Assembly: GCA_030151845.1 (NCBI GenBank)
Contig: JASLCM010000265.1
Location: 1-33,750 of the forward strand
DNA: 33,750 bases
DNA from: Bacteroides sp.
GTDB taxonomy: Bacteria; Bacteroidota; Bacteroidia; Bacteroidales; Bacteroidaceae
Reading direction: 5' to 3'
Shown: in pieces, positions 8,624 to 16,523 of the stretch
Position numbering within the stretch: position 1 is the stretch's first letter
Layout: every line of letters begins with the position of its first letter
The notes under the pieces: generated by a model
Databases searched by the model: none
The model's input: only the letters and a program-made list of their open reading frames with translations
Told to the model about the DNA's origin: nothing
Position numbers and translations under genes: made by a program

Positions 8624-10756
8624 ATGCATAGAATACTAACTCTCTTGCTGGCTATCATTTTCTCTCTTCCTTCATTTTCTGATGAGGGAATGTGGATGAT
8701 TAATCGGTTAAATCGAGAAAACAAGCGAACAATGCGTGATTTAGGGTTTACGATGAGCTTTAAAGAGATTTATCACCCAAGGCGTGCCTCCTTGAAAGAT
8801 GCAATTGTCAATTTTGGAGGCTTCTGTTCTGGTGTAATTGTCTCTCAGGAGGGCTTGGTTTTTACCAATCATCATTGTGCTCTACAAGCTATTCAATATC
8901 ATAGCTCACCCAGCTCAGATCTTCTTAAAGATGGTTTTGTAGCTAAGACGAAAGAGGAGGAATTGAGTAATCCTAATCTATATATTCGTATGCTTGTTCG
9001 AGTTGAAGATGTAACACAAAGAGTTCTTAAGGCGACTGATCCGTATTGGGATGAGGCTGAACGTCAGCTTGCTGTAGACAGTGTCTCTTTGGCTATAGAG
9101 AAGGAGCTACATGAAAGAGACAGTACCTTAATAGGGGTAGTAGACTCCTATTATGCTGGAAATGAATACTGGTTGTCAATCTATAAGGATTACGAGGATG
9201 TGCGTTTGGTCTTCGCTCCACCCTCATCCATCGGTAAGTTTGGTTGGGATAGTGATAACTGGGTTTGGCCACGCCATACAGGCGATTTTTGTATTTTTAG
9301 AATATATGTCGACAAGGAAAATAACCCAGCCAAATATAGCCCAGCGAATGTTCCATTTCGACCCAAATATGTTGCTCCAATTTCTACGAAGGGGTATCAA
9401 GCTGGTGACTATACCATGACCATAGGTTATCCAGGAAGTACGGATAGGTATCTTTCATCGTATGGCATAGAGGAGAGGATGCACAGCTTGAATCAGGCAC
9501 TAATTGATGTAAGAGGTGTAAAACAGGCTATTTGGAAAAGAGGAATGGAGCAAGATAAAGGTGTGAAAATAAAGTATGCCTCCAAGTATGCAGAGAGTTC
9601 TAATTACTGGAAGAATAGCATAGGAGCTAATAAGGCTATTGAGGATTTAAAGATTATTGAGCAGAAGAGAAACCTAGAGGCCGAGTTAGAAGAGTGGATA
9701 AGGAGTAGCCCGAATGAGCGTGCAAGAAACATTCACTTATTAACGGATCTTGGATTGGCTTATCGAAACAGGAGAGAGACGATGCGTGCTATGGCCTATT
9801 TTGTAGAGGCATTTATGAATGGTCCTGAACTATTACAGTTGGCTTTGCAAACTATGAATTTTGACTATGATGCAGCAGATAGTGAGGTTGTAAATAACTA
9901 TGAACAGTTAATCGAACAGTATAGCAACTTAGATCTTTTTTTGGATAGAGAGGTCTTTGTAGCAATGCTTAAGGGGTACAGAGAGTGGGTGGATGAACGT
10001 TTTTTACCTCTTTTTTACCAAGAGTGCGAAAAACAATTTCAAGGGGATTATGGGCTTTTTGCCGACTATGTTTATGGAACTTCTCGGGTTGTGACCCCTC
10101 AAGCTTTATCTAGTGTTATAAAAAGAGATACAACCTTTCAGATTTTTGATGACCCTGCTGTAGCAATTGCCTTGGATTTAATAGTGAAATATTATGAGAT
10201 GAGTCAGTCGATTCAGGCAGATAATCACACAATAACAAAAGGAGAAAGAGAGCTAAATGCTGCAATACGCAGAAAGAACTACAGAAGAAACTTCTACCCT
10301 GATGCGAACTTTACAATGCGATTAAGTATGGGGAGTATAGAGGGCTATCGACCCAAAGATGCTGTCACTTATCATTACCGTACCACTGTAGAGGGAATTT
10401 TTGAAAAGACAAAACATTTCTCTAATGACCCTGATTTCCAGTTGGAAAAAGCGGTTTATGAATTGCTTAAAAAGGCGAATAAAAGTAAGTACGTTTCATC
10501 GGATGGAGAGTTTAATATCTGTTTCATTAGCAATAATGATATAACAGGAGGGAACTCTGGTAGTGCTGTTTTTAATGGGAAAGGAGAACTGCTTGGTTTA
10601 GCTTTTGATGGCAACTGGGAAGCCATAAGTAGTGATGTACAATACGAAGCACAGCTTCAACGCTGTATTGGCGTAGATATACGCTACCTGTTGTTTCTTC
10701 TTTCTGAAACAGAGGGAGCCAACTCAATCTTAGATGAGCTGATTATTAATAAATAG
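8624..10756 (+). CDS. S46 family dipeptidyl peptidase, DPP7-like
   Basis: Signal peptide then DEGMW; catalytic triad motifs TNHHC, RHTGDF, TGGNSGS; LAFDGNWE. Confidence 0.93.
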   Translation: MHRILTLLLAIIFSLPSFSDEGMWMINRLNRENKRTMRDLGFTMSFKEIYHPRRASLKDAIVNFGGFCSGVIVSQEGLVFTNHHCALQAIQYHSSPSSDLLKDGFVAKTKEEELSNPNLYIRMLVRVEDVTQRVLKATDPYWDEAERQLAVDSVSLAIEKELHERDSTLIGVVDSYYAGNEYWLSIYKDYEDVRLVFAPPSSIGKFGWDSDNWVWPRHTGDFCIFRIYVDKENNPAKYSPANVPFRPKYVAPISTKGYQAGDYTMTIGYPGSTDRYLSSYGIEERMHSLNQALIDVRGVKQAIWKRGMEQDKGVKIKYASKYAESSNYWKNSIGANKAIEDLKIIEQKRNLEAELEEWIRSSPNERARNIHLLTDLGLAYRNRRETMRAMAYFVEAFMNGPELLQLALQTMNFDYDAADSEVVNNYEQLIEQYSNLDLFLDREVFVAMLKGYREWVDERFLPLFYQECEKQFQGDYGLFADYVYGTSRVVTPQALSSVIKRDTTFQIFDDPAVAIALDLIVKYYEMSQSIQADNHTITKGERELNAAIRRKNYRRNFYPDANFTMRLSMGSIEGYRPKDAVTYHYRTTVEGIFEKTKHFSNDPDFQLEKAVYELLKKANKSKYVSSDGEFNICFISNNDITGGNSGSAVFNGKGELLGLAFDGNWEAISSDVQYEAQLQRCIGVDIRYLLFLLSETEGANSILDELIINK

Positions 10757-10759
10757 TTC

Positions 10760-11623
10760 CTATCGTTTTACAATAATAAGTGTTACTGCAGAAATAATCA
10801 ATAGTATTCCTATGCCAATATTTACGGTGAAAAGCTCTCCAAAAACAGCAATACCTACACAGACCGCTGTTACTGGCTCCATGGCCCCTAGTACTGAGGT
10901 TAGAGTTGATCCAATGCTTTTAACTGAACGTAGAAGAGCTAGGTTAGAAACCGTAGTTGGAATTAATGCTAATAAAATTAGGCTTTTAGCCTCTTTCAGT
11001 GTCTCTATAGGCTGAACTCCCTGGTAGAAAAAAGTGCCAATAGTAAGAATTATTCCTGCAAATAAAAAGACATAAAATGTGAGATGCAGTCCGTTTAGCT
11101 TAATCTTTAGCTGACTTAAAGCGACTAAGTAGGAACCATATCCAAAGGCTGAAATTAGTACGATTAAAAGTCCGATAGGGGAGATTGTGTTATTCTCACT
11201 ACTGCTATAAGATAGTGCAAAAACCCCAAGTATAGCTAAAATGATAGCAAAAACTCTCCAGTTGGATCTCTTTTCTTTAAAGAGAAGCATCATGAGTAGG
11301 GTGGTAAAGACAGGATACATAAAGTGTATAGTAGTTGCTACACCACTAGGCATTAGCTTATAGCCCCAAAAAAGAAAAACGGAGGAGATGTTATATAGAA
11401 GGGCTAAAAAGAGTAGAGGAAGCAGATCCTGCCGTCTTATCTTTAGCGACTGCTTGTTTAAGACTAAGAGTCCACCAATGGCTAAACAGGCAAAGAGATA
11501 TCTATAAACCAATATGGACTCAAAGTTCATTCCCCACTGCATTAAAGGTAGGGTGAATAGAGGAATTAAGCCAAAGCTAGAGGAGGATAGAATCCCATAA
11601 AGAAAACCACTAATCTTATTCAT
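10760..11623 (-). CDS. EamA/DMT family transporter
   Basis: 287 aa, about 10 TM segments in two repeats; SGVATTIHFMYP, LGAMEPVTAV. Confidence 0.92.
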   Translation of the reverse strand: MNKISGFLYGILSSSSFGLIPLFTLPLMQWGMNFESILVYRYLFACLAIGGLLVLNKQSLKIRRQDLLPLLFLALLYNISSVFLFWGYKLMPSGVATTIHFMYPVFTTLLMMLLFKEKRSNWRVFAIILAILGVFALSYSSSENNTISPIGLLIVLISAFGYGSYLVALSQLKIKLNGLHLTFYVFLFAGIILTIGTFFYQGVQPIETLKEAKSLILLALIPTTVSNLALLRSVKSIGSTLTSVLGAMEPVTAVCVGIAVFGELFTVNIGIGILLIISAVTLIIVKR

Positions 11624-11638
11624 TTACTTAATTTTCTG

Positions 11639-11646
11639 CAAAGATA
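11639..11646 (-). promoter_or_regulatory. -7 promoter box for the EamA gene
   Basis: CAAAGATA on plus = TATCTTTG on minus, 15 nt upstream of ATG 11623. Confidence 0.65.
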
Positions 11647-11696
11647 CCTCTTTGTGCAGATGATAAAAAATCTTTCAATCTCTCTTTTATACAAAG

Positions 11697-11725
11697 AACG
11701 TCAACCAGACTATCTGATTGACGTT
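11697..11725 (-). terminator. Intrinsic terminator of the DEAD-box helicase gene
   Basis: Minus-strand RNA AACGUCAAUCAGA-UAG-UCUGGUUGACGUU forms a 13-bp stem with one G-U pair, followed by CUUUGU, 8 nt after the stop. Confidence 0.75.
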
Positions 11726-11733
11726 TAACTCTT

Positions 11734-13431
11734 TTACCTTCTTTTCAAAGGGCCTCTTGCTCTGGTATATCCTCTAGCAGCCCGACTAGCTTTTCTACGT
11801 TTTTTGTGACCCGAATCATTGTCTCCGGCAACTTCAACAACGACTTTTCGACCATTCCACTTGGCTCTACCTAGTGCTTTTAATAGGTAAGAGGTCTCTT
11901 CTTCTTTTACCTCAAAGAAGGAGAAGTTTCTTAATACGTCTATCCGACCAATGTCTAATCTTTTATCGGTGTATTGGTTAATAAGGTCAATCAGACGGCC
12001 AGGAATTAGATTGTCTGTTTTTCCTAGACTTATAAATAACCTTGAGTATCCCTCCTCTGCTCTTCTTCCGTTAGAGGCTCTCTCACGAGCTTGCTTTCCC
12101 TCTGTTGGAGTAAATAAGTCACTCTTATTCTTATAATAGGCTAAGAAGTGATTGAACTGCATAGAGACAATTCTTTTAATTAGCTCCTCTTTAGATAGAA
12201 TAGCCAGTTTAGCATAAGCTTCTGGTAAAAAGCGCTCAATTTCTTTCTCATCGACAGCTACATTTTGTATCTCATCAATCACTTTCATAAGCTGTTTAGC
12301 GCAAATAGCATCACCTGTTGGAAGTTCTTCTCTTGAGAAGTTTTTTCCAATTATTTTTTCAATTTCTCTTAGCTTTCCTTTTTCCCGAAGGTTTATTATA
12401 GCTATAGATATTCCCGTTTTTCCAGCTCTACCTGTTCTACCACTACGGTGTGTGTAACTCTCGGTATCGTCGGGGAGGCCATAATTTATAACATGGGTTA
12501 AATCATCAACGTCCAAACCACGTGCAGCTACGTCTGTTGCTACAAGAAGTTGAATGGTTTTAAGCCTAAATTTTTGCATTACTGCATCTCTTTGAGCTTG
12601 TGAAAGCTCTCCATGCAAGGTATCTGCACTATAGCCTTCCTGCATTAGCTTATCTGCAATTTCTTGGGTCTCTCTTCTTGTTCTGCAAAAGATAATTCCA
12701 TAAATATGCGGATAGAAGTCTACTATTCGTTTTAATGCTTCGTATTTATCTTTAGCTTGTACAGTATAGGCAATATGCTCTACATTTGCTGTACTTTCAT
12801 TTTTCCGACCAATAACAATCTCTTTTGCATTGTGCAGATAGTTTTTGGCTATTTTGGCAACCTCTGGACTCATTGTCGCAGAGAAAAGAAGTGTTTGTCT
12901 TCCTGTTGGAACTTGTTCCAAAATCGTGTTGATACTATCGGTAAATCCCATGTTTAGCATCTCATCGGCTTCATCCATCACTACATTTTTAATTGTTTTG
13001 AGTGAGACAGCGCGACGTTGCATGAGGTCTATTAAGCGGCCTGGAGTAGCTACAATGATGTGGACTCCTCTTCTTAAAGCCTTTATCTGTGGTTCTATTG
13101 AAGCACCACCATAAACAGCTAAAACATGAATGCCTTGTTTGAATTTTGAATAATCATTGAGATCATCTGCTATTTGTAGGCAGAGTTCTCTAGTTGGACA
13201 TAAAATTAAGGATTGAGGATTATTGTTACTTAAGTCTACTTTATCTATTAAAGGTAAGCCAAATGCTGCTGTCTTACCTGTTCCTGTTTGAGCAAGGGCA
13301 ACTAAATCTTGATCTTCTCCTAATAAATATGGGATCACTTTTTCTTGTACGGGCATGGGATTTTCGTATCCCATCTCTTCAATAGCTTTTCGAATCTCAG
13401 GAGAGACACCTAGCTCTTTAAAATTTTTCAT
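11734..13431 (-). CDS. DEAD-box RNA helicase (DeaD/CshA-like) with C-terminal DbpA-type RNA-binding domain
   Basis: Q motif, AQTGTGKT, PTRELC, TPGRL, DEAD, SAT, TDVAARGLD, HRSGRTGRAG; C-terminal IGRIDVLRNFSFFEV and a basic tail. Confidence 0.96.
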   Translation of the reverse strand: MKNFKELGVSPEIRKAIEEMGYENPMPVQEKVIPYLLGEDQDLVALAQTGTGKTAAFGLPLIDKVDLSNNNPQSLILCPTRELCLQIADDLNDYSKFKQGIHVLAVYGGASIEPQIKALRRGVHIIVATPGRLIDLMQRRAVSLKTIKNVVMDEADEMLNMGFTDSINTILEQVPTGRQTLLFSATMSPEVAKIAKNYLHNAKEIVIGRKNESTANVEHIAYTVQAKDKYEALKRIVDFYPHIYGIIFCRTRRETQEIADKLMQEGYSADTLHGELSQAQRDAVMQKFRLKTIQLLVATDVAARGLDVDDLTHVINYGLPDDTESYTHRSGRTGRAGKTGISIAIINLREKGKLREIEKIIGKNFSREELPTGDAICAKQLMKVIDEIQNVAVDEKEIERFLPEAYAKLAILSKEELIKRIVSMQFNHFLAYYKNKSDLFTPTEGKQARERASNGRRAEEGYSRLFISLGKTDNLIPGRLIDLINQYTDKRLDIGRIDVLRNFSFFEVKEEETSYLLKALGRAKWNGRKVVVEVAGDNDSGHKKRRKASRAARGYTRARGPLKRR

Positions 13432-13453
13432 TCAGTCAATATTAATTGGGCGG

Positions 13454-13461
13454 CAAAGTTA
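13454..13461 (-). promoter_or_regulatory. -7 promoter box for the DEAD-box helicase gene
   Basis: CAAAGTTA on plus = TAACTTTG on minus, 22 nt upstream of ATG 13431. Confidence 0.6.
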
Positions 13462-13502
13462 CAGATAAATAATGAGTTATCTATAAAAGAGTAGATAAAA
13501 TT

Positions 13503-14564
13503 CTATTCAAGAAGAATAGAACGAAGTGTTTTAATATCAGTTTTTGTTAGACCTAAACCATCTGTAAGGTAGTTCATTACAGAGCCATACTCTTTTTCTA
13601 TTGCACTCTCTGCAGCTTCAATGTACTCCTGTTTAGCAGAGTACATTACAGTTATGGCCTCTTGAACGGACACGGGCTGACTATAAGCATAGTTTGAAGC
13701 TTTTGATATGCTGTAAAAGTAGTCTCCCTGTGTATAATCTTGTAAAATGGTAAGTGGGCTAACCTCAAGTGCACTTAATAGGAGTGCAGATAAGATACCT
13801 GTTTGTTCTTTCCCTGATATGCATTCAATCATTACAGGATAGTTCTCTTCATCAAGTAAGACATCAAATACTTTTTTTATCTCCGCTTGATTTCTTAACA
13901 CCAGTTTTCGGTAGCAATTGGCAATGATACGGTCTATGGTATCACTTCTTATTTCTCCAATTTTTACTTTATGTAGAATGCTATCCAAATTGCGATTTAA
14001 AAGGGGAGCATGAACTACCTTAAAGTATTTATCCGAAGTTGGATTTAATCTTGCCTCTTTAAAAGAACGTAGATCAATCACTGTTCGAATCCCTAAATTA
14101 TTTAACTCCTTCATAGAGCATGCAGGTAGAGAACCTATTTCTGCCGACCGAAAAACTTTTCCCCACCTTACGCTTTTTTGTTGAGAGGGTGACACATAGC
14201 CACCCAAATCTCTAATGTTTTGAACAGAGGGTATATTTACATTTCTACTGCCCACAAGTTTTTTATATTTTTCATTGAAGACAAGGGTGTAGTATAATCT
14301 CTGTGTCGGATTTGTTGTTATGATTGTAGCTTTTTGATCTTCGATAGTAGCTGCAGCAATAGCTCTGCTTTGTGTGTTTATTTCAGGAATAGGTGAAGCA
14401 TAAATCTTAACGGTTCCTTGAATAACGGGTGAGGTTTCCCATTTTATAACACAGTTACCCACCTTGTTTTCCTCACAGATTACTGCAATATTAGGCGTAG
14501 CCTGAGTACAGCTCGAAAAAATATAGAGTGAAACAAAGAGAAATAGGCTATTGAGACGAATCAT
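13503..14564 (-). CDS. Lipoprotein of the protein-tyrosine phosphatase (Y_phosphatase3/IphP-like) family with a degenerate P-loop
   Basis: Lipobox IFSSC; NIRDLGGY, VFRSAE, IRTVIDLRS..E; P-loop reads ECISGKEQTG. ATG 14564 preferred over TTG 14570. Confidence 0.88.
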   Translation of the reverse strand: MIRLNSLFLFVSLYIFSSCTQATPNIAVICEENKVGNCVIKWETSPVIQGTVKIYASPIPEINTQSRAIAAATIEDQKATIITTNPTQRLYYTLVFNEKYKKLVGSRNVNIPSVQNIRDLGGYVSPSQQKSVRWGKVFRSAEIGSLPACSMKELNNLGIRTVIDLRSFKEARLNPTSDKYFKVVHAPLLNRNLDSILHKVKIGEIRSDTIDRIIANCYRKLVLRNQAEIKKVFDVLLDEENYPVMIECISGKEQTGILSALLLSALEVSPLTILQDYTQGDYFYSISKASNYAYSQPVSVQEAITVMYSAKQEYIEAAESAIEKEYGSVMNYLTDGLGLTKTDIKTLRSILLE

Positions 14565-14589
14565 ATTCAAACAAATAGTATTGTCTATA

Positions 14590-14597
14590 CAAATATA
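14590..14597 (-). promoter_or_regulatory. -7 promoter box for the phosphatase-like gene
   Basis: CAAATATA on plus = TATATTTG on minus, 25 nt upstream of ATG 14564. Confidence 0.55.
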
Positions 14598-14614
14598 TAA
14601 TATTTGATTAATTT

Positions 14615-14631
14615 CAGCCTACCGTAGGCTG
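14615..14631. repeat. 17-bp GC-rich inverted repeat
   Basis: CAGCCTAC-C-GTAGGCTG, in the gap between the PfkB stop and the next promoter. Confidence 0.8.
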
Positions 14632-14654
14632 TATTTAGGTAAACTATATAGTTT

Positions 14655-15578
14655 TTAAGCTTTTTTAGCGGGAGTGAATTCTTGGGGTACAAAGTTCTCA
14701 AGATGGAGGCAGGTCTCTTTAGAAAAGGATTGCCCCCAGTTAATAATTGAATCCCATTCTTCTTCGTTTAAAGTATTCAATTTCTCTCTGGTTACTCCTA
14801 ACTGTAGAAAACCATAAATTATACCCGCATTAAAATTATCTCCAGCTCCTATTGTACTAACGGTTTGGATGGCCGGGGTAGGGTAGGTTTTTTCAACCTT
14901 TGAGCTGTGAAGATGAACGGGCTGATCTCCCGAAGTACAGATAAAATTCTTACAGTAAAATTCTATCTTTCTTTGAAAAACTTGCTTAGGGTCATCTAAG
15001 CCGTAAAGGACCTTGAAATCATCTACCGACCCACAGATAACATCGGCTAGTTCGAAATTATCTAGTAAAGTAGGGGTTAGCTTTATCGCCTCACCCTGAT
15101 GTGCCTCCCTAAAATTAGGATCATAGAAGAGTAGAGCACCTTTATTTCGTGCATATTGAAGGAACTCCTCTACACCCTTTCGTTTATTTGGGTCTACTGC
15201 AAAATAGGAACCAAAGAGAACGATGTCATCCTTGTTTATCTCAGGACAATCATATTTAAAACCCTCTAGAGCCTCACCTTTGTAGAAGCTATAGGTTGCA
15301 TTATTTTTTGCGTCTAAGAAAGCCAAGGAGAGTGGTGTCTTAAAGTTCGGATTTATAACAAGATGATTGGTGGAAACACCTGTGTTTTTTAAGAAGTTGA
15401 GAATTAATTGACCAACTTGATCGTCTCCTATTTCTGTTAGGAAACAGGTTGGGCAACCCGTTCTTGCAAGAGAGACAATAGCATTAAGAGTAGACCCCCC
15501 AGGCATAGAGGCTAGGGGGGTGTTTTCTTTGAGTATTAAGTCTAATATGGTCTCTCCAATTCCTATTACTTTTCGCAT
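14655..15578 (-). CDS. PfkB-family carbohydrate kinase (fructokinase-like)
   Basis: MRKVIGIGETILD, PGGSTLN, YDPNFR and anion-hole motif STIGAGDNFNAG. Start placed at ATG 15578; the longer ORF-track start lies deep inside the upstream gene. Confidence 0.93.
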   Translation of the reverse strand: MRKVIGIGETILDLILKENTPLASMPGGSTLNAIVSLARTGCPTCFLTEIGDDQVGQLILNFLKNTGVSTNHLVINPNFKTPLSLAFLDAKNNATYSFYKGEALEGFKYDCPEINKDDIVLFGSYFAVDPNKRKGVEEFLQYARNKGALLFYDPNFREAHQGEAIKLTPTLLDNFELADVICGSVDDFKVLYGLDDPKQVFQRKIEFYCKNFICTSGDQPVHLHSSKVEKTYPTPAIQTVSTIGAGDNFNAGIIYGFLQLGVTREKLNTLNEEEWDSIINWGQSFSKETCLHLENFVPQEFTPAKKA

Positions 15579-16171
15579 AACTCTCTTGATTTCTCGCCTA
15601 AATAACCTCCATGGTGGCGCTTTGAGTACTCCTCTATGGAAAATTTGGTTTGCTTCATGGTTTGAACAACTAGAATGTCTCCTATTACCGTCATAGCTGT
15701 TGTAGAGGTAGTAGGTGTCATACCTAAAAGACAAACCTCTTTGGGGTTGCCTGTGTAGAGTGTAACATTGGCCTCTTTAGCTAGTGGGCTATCTACAGAT
15801 CCTGTGATAACTATAAACTTAAGCTTTGGGTTCAAGTGATGAGCTAATCGTGTTAATTCTACAATCTCTCTTGTTTTACCCGAGTTAGAGATGAGTAAGA
15901 GTAGGTCATTTTCTTGTAATACCCCTAAATCTCCATGTTGAGCTTCACTTGGATGGAGAAATACAGCGGGTACTCCTGTTGAACAGAATGTCGTAGCTAT
16001 ATTCATAGCTATTTGTCCAGCTTTCCCCATTCCAGAAGTTACTAGCTTTCCCTTTTTTAAATGCACTTGATCAACAATAAGCTTAACTGCCTCTTCGTAT
16101 GCATCAGTAATAGGGATATTGAGTACTGCTTCAGCTTCCTTTTTTAGAAGTTCTTGAATTGAATCAATCAT
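15566..16171 (-). CDS. SIS-domain sugar-phosphate isomerase, KdsD/KpsF-like arabinose-5-phosphate isomerase without CBS domains
   Basis: SGMGKAG, FLHPSEAQHGDLG, ISNSGKTRE, EVC...PTTSTT, HHGGYLG; only 201 aa. Confidence 0.9.
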   Translation of the reverse strand: MIDSIQELLKKEAEAVLNIPITDAYEEAVKLIVDQVHLKKGKLVTSGMGKAGQIAMNIATTFCSTGVPAVFLHPSEAQHGDLGVLQENDLLLLISNSGKTREIVELTRLAHHLNPKLKFIVITGSVDSPLAKEANVTLYTGNPKEVCLLGMTPTTSTTAMTVIGDILVVQTMKQTKFSIEEYSKRHHGGYLGEKSRELCEK

Positions 16172-16205
16172 TTTATTGCAACAAATTAGTAAGTGATAAT
16201 TTCTC

Positions 16206-16213
16206 CAAAGGTA
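16206..16213 (-). promoter_or_regulatory. -7 promoter box for the SIS isomerase-kinase unit
   Basis: CAAAGGTA on plus = TACCTTTG on minus, 34 nt upstream of ATG 16171. Confidence 0.6.
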
Positions 16214-16498
16214 ATCACAACTTACTTATTATTCGATAAACCTTTAGAGTAAAGTCCTTTTTTAATATTAAAACAGACTTTAATAGCGAATATAAACAAT
16301 TATTTATATACGAGTATTATTTAGGGTAGCATACCTTATTGGTTGGGGAATTTTCTATAAAAACTTACTATTATTTGGCTGCAATCATTAAATGTTTCAG
16401 GTGAAATGGTAAACTTACTTTGCTGAAAAGCTGCTTTAGGTTTGGGAGAATTTTATATTCTTAGCCCTAAAGATTAGAGTGAAGTGTGATAAAAGTCC

Positions 16499-16506
16499 TA
16501 TTTTTG
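16499..16506 (+). promoter_or_regulatory. -7 promoter box for the M16 peptidase gene
   Basis: TATTTTTG, 17 nt upstream of ATG 16524. Confidence 0.55.
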
Positions 16507-16523
16507 TACCAAGCATATTAAGA

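Noticed and set aside
15579..15734. 52-aa N-terminal extension of the PfkB kinase
   Set aside because: Alternate-frame overlap with the SIS gene; the kinase fold starts at MRKVIGIGE (15578).
16393..16408. Second parS-like sequence TGTTTCAGGTGAAATG
   Set aside because: Only 13 of 16 positions match TGTTTCACGTGAAACA, with a core change and a broken outer arm; unsupported without ChIP data.
16172..16523. Possible oriC in the AT-rich intergenic region
   Set aside because: No TTATCCACA-type DnaA box cluster seen and no dnaA or dnaN nearby.
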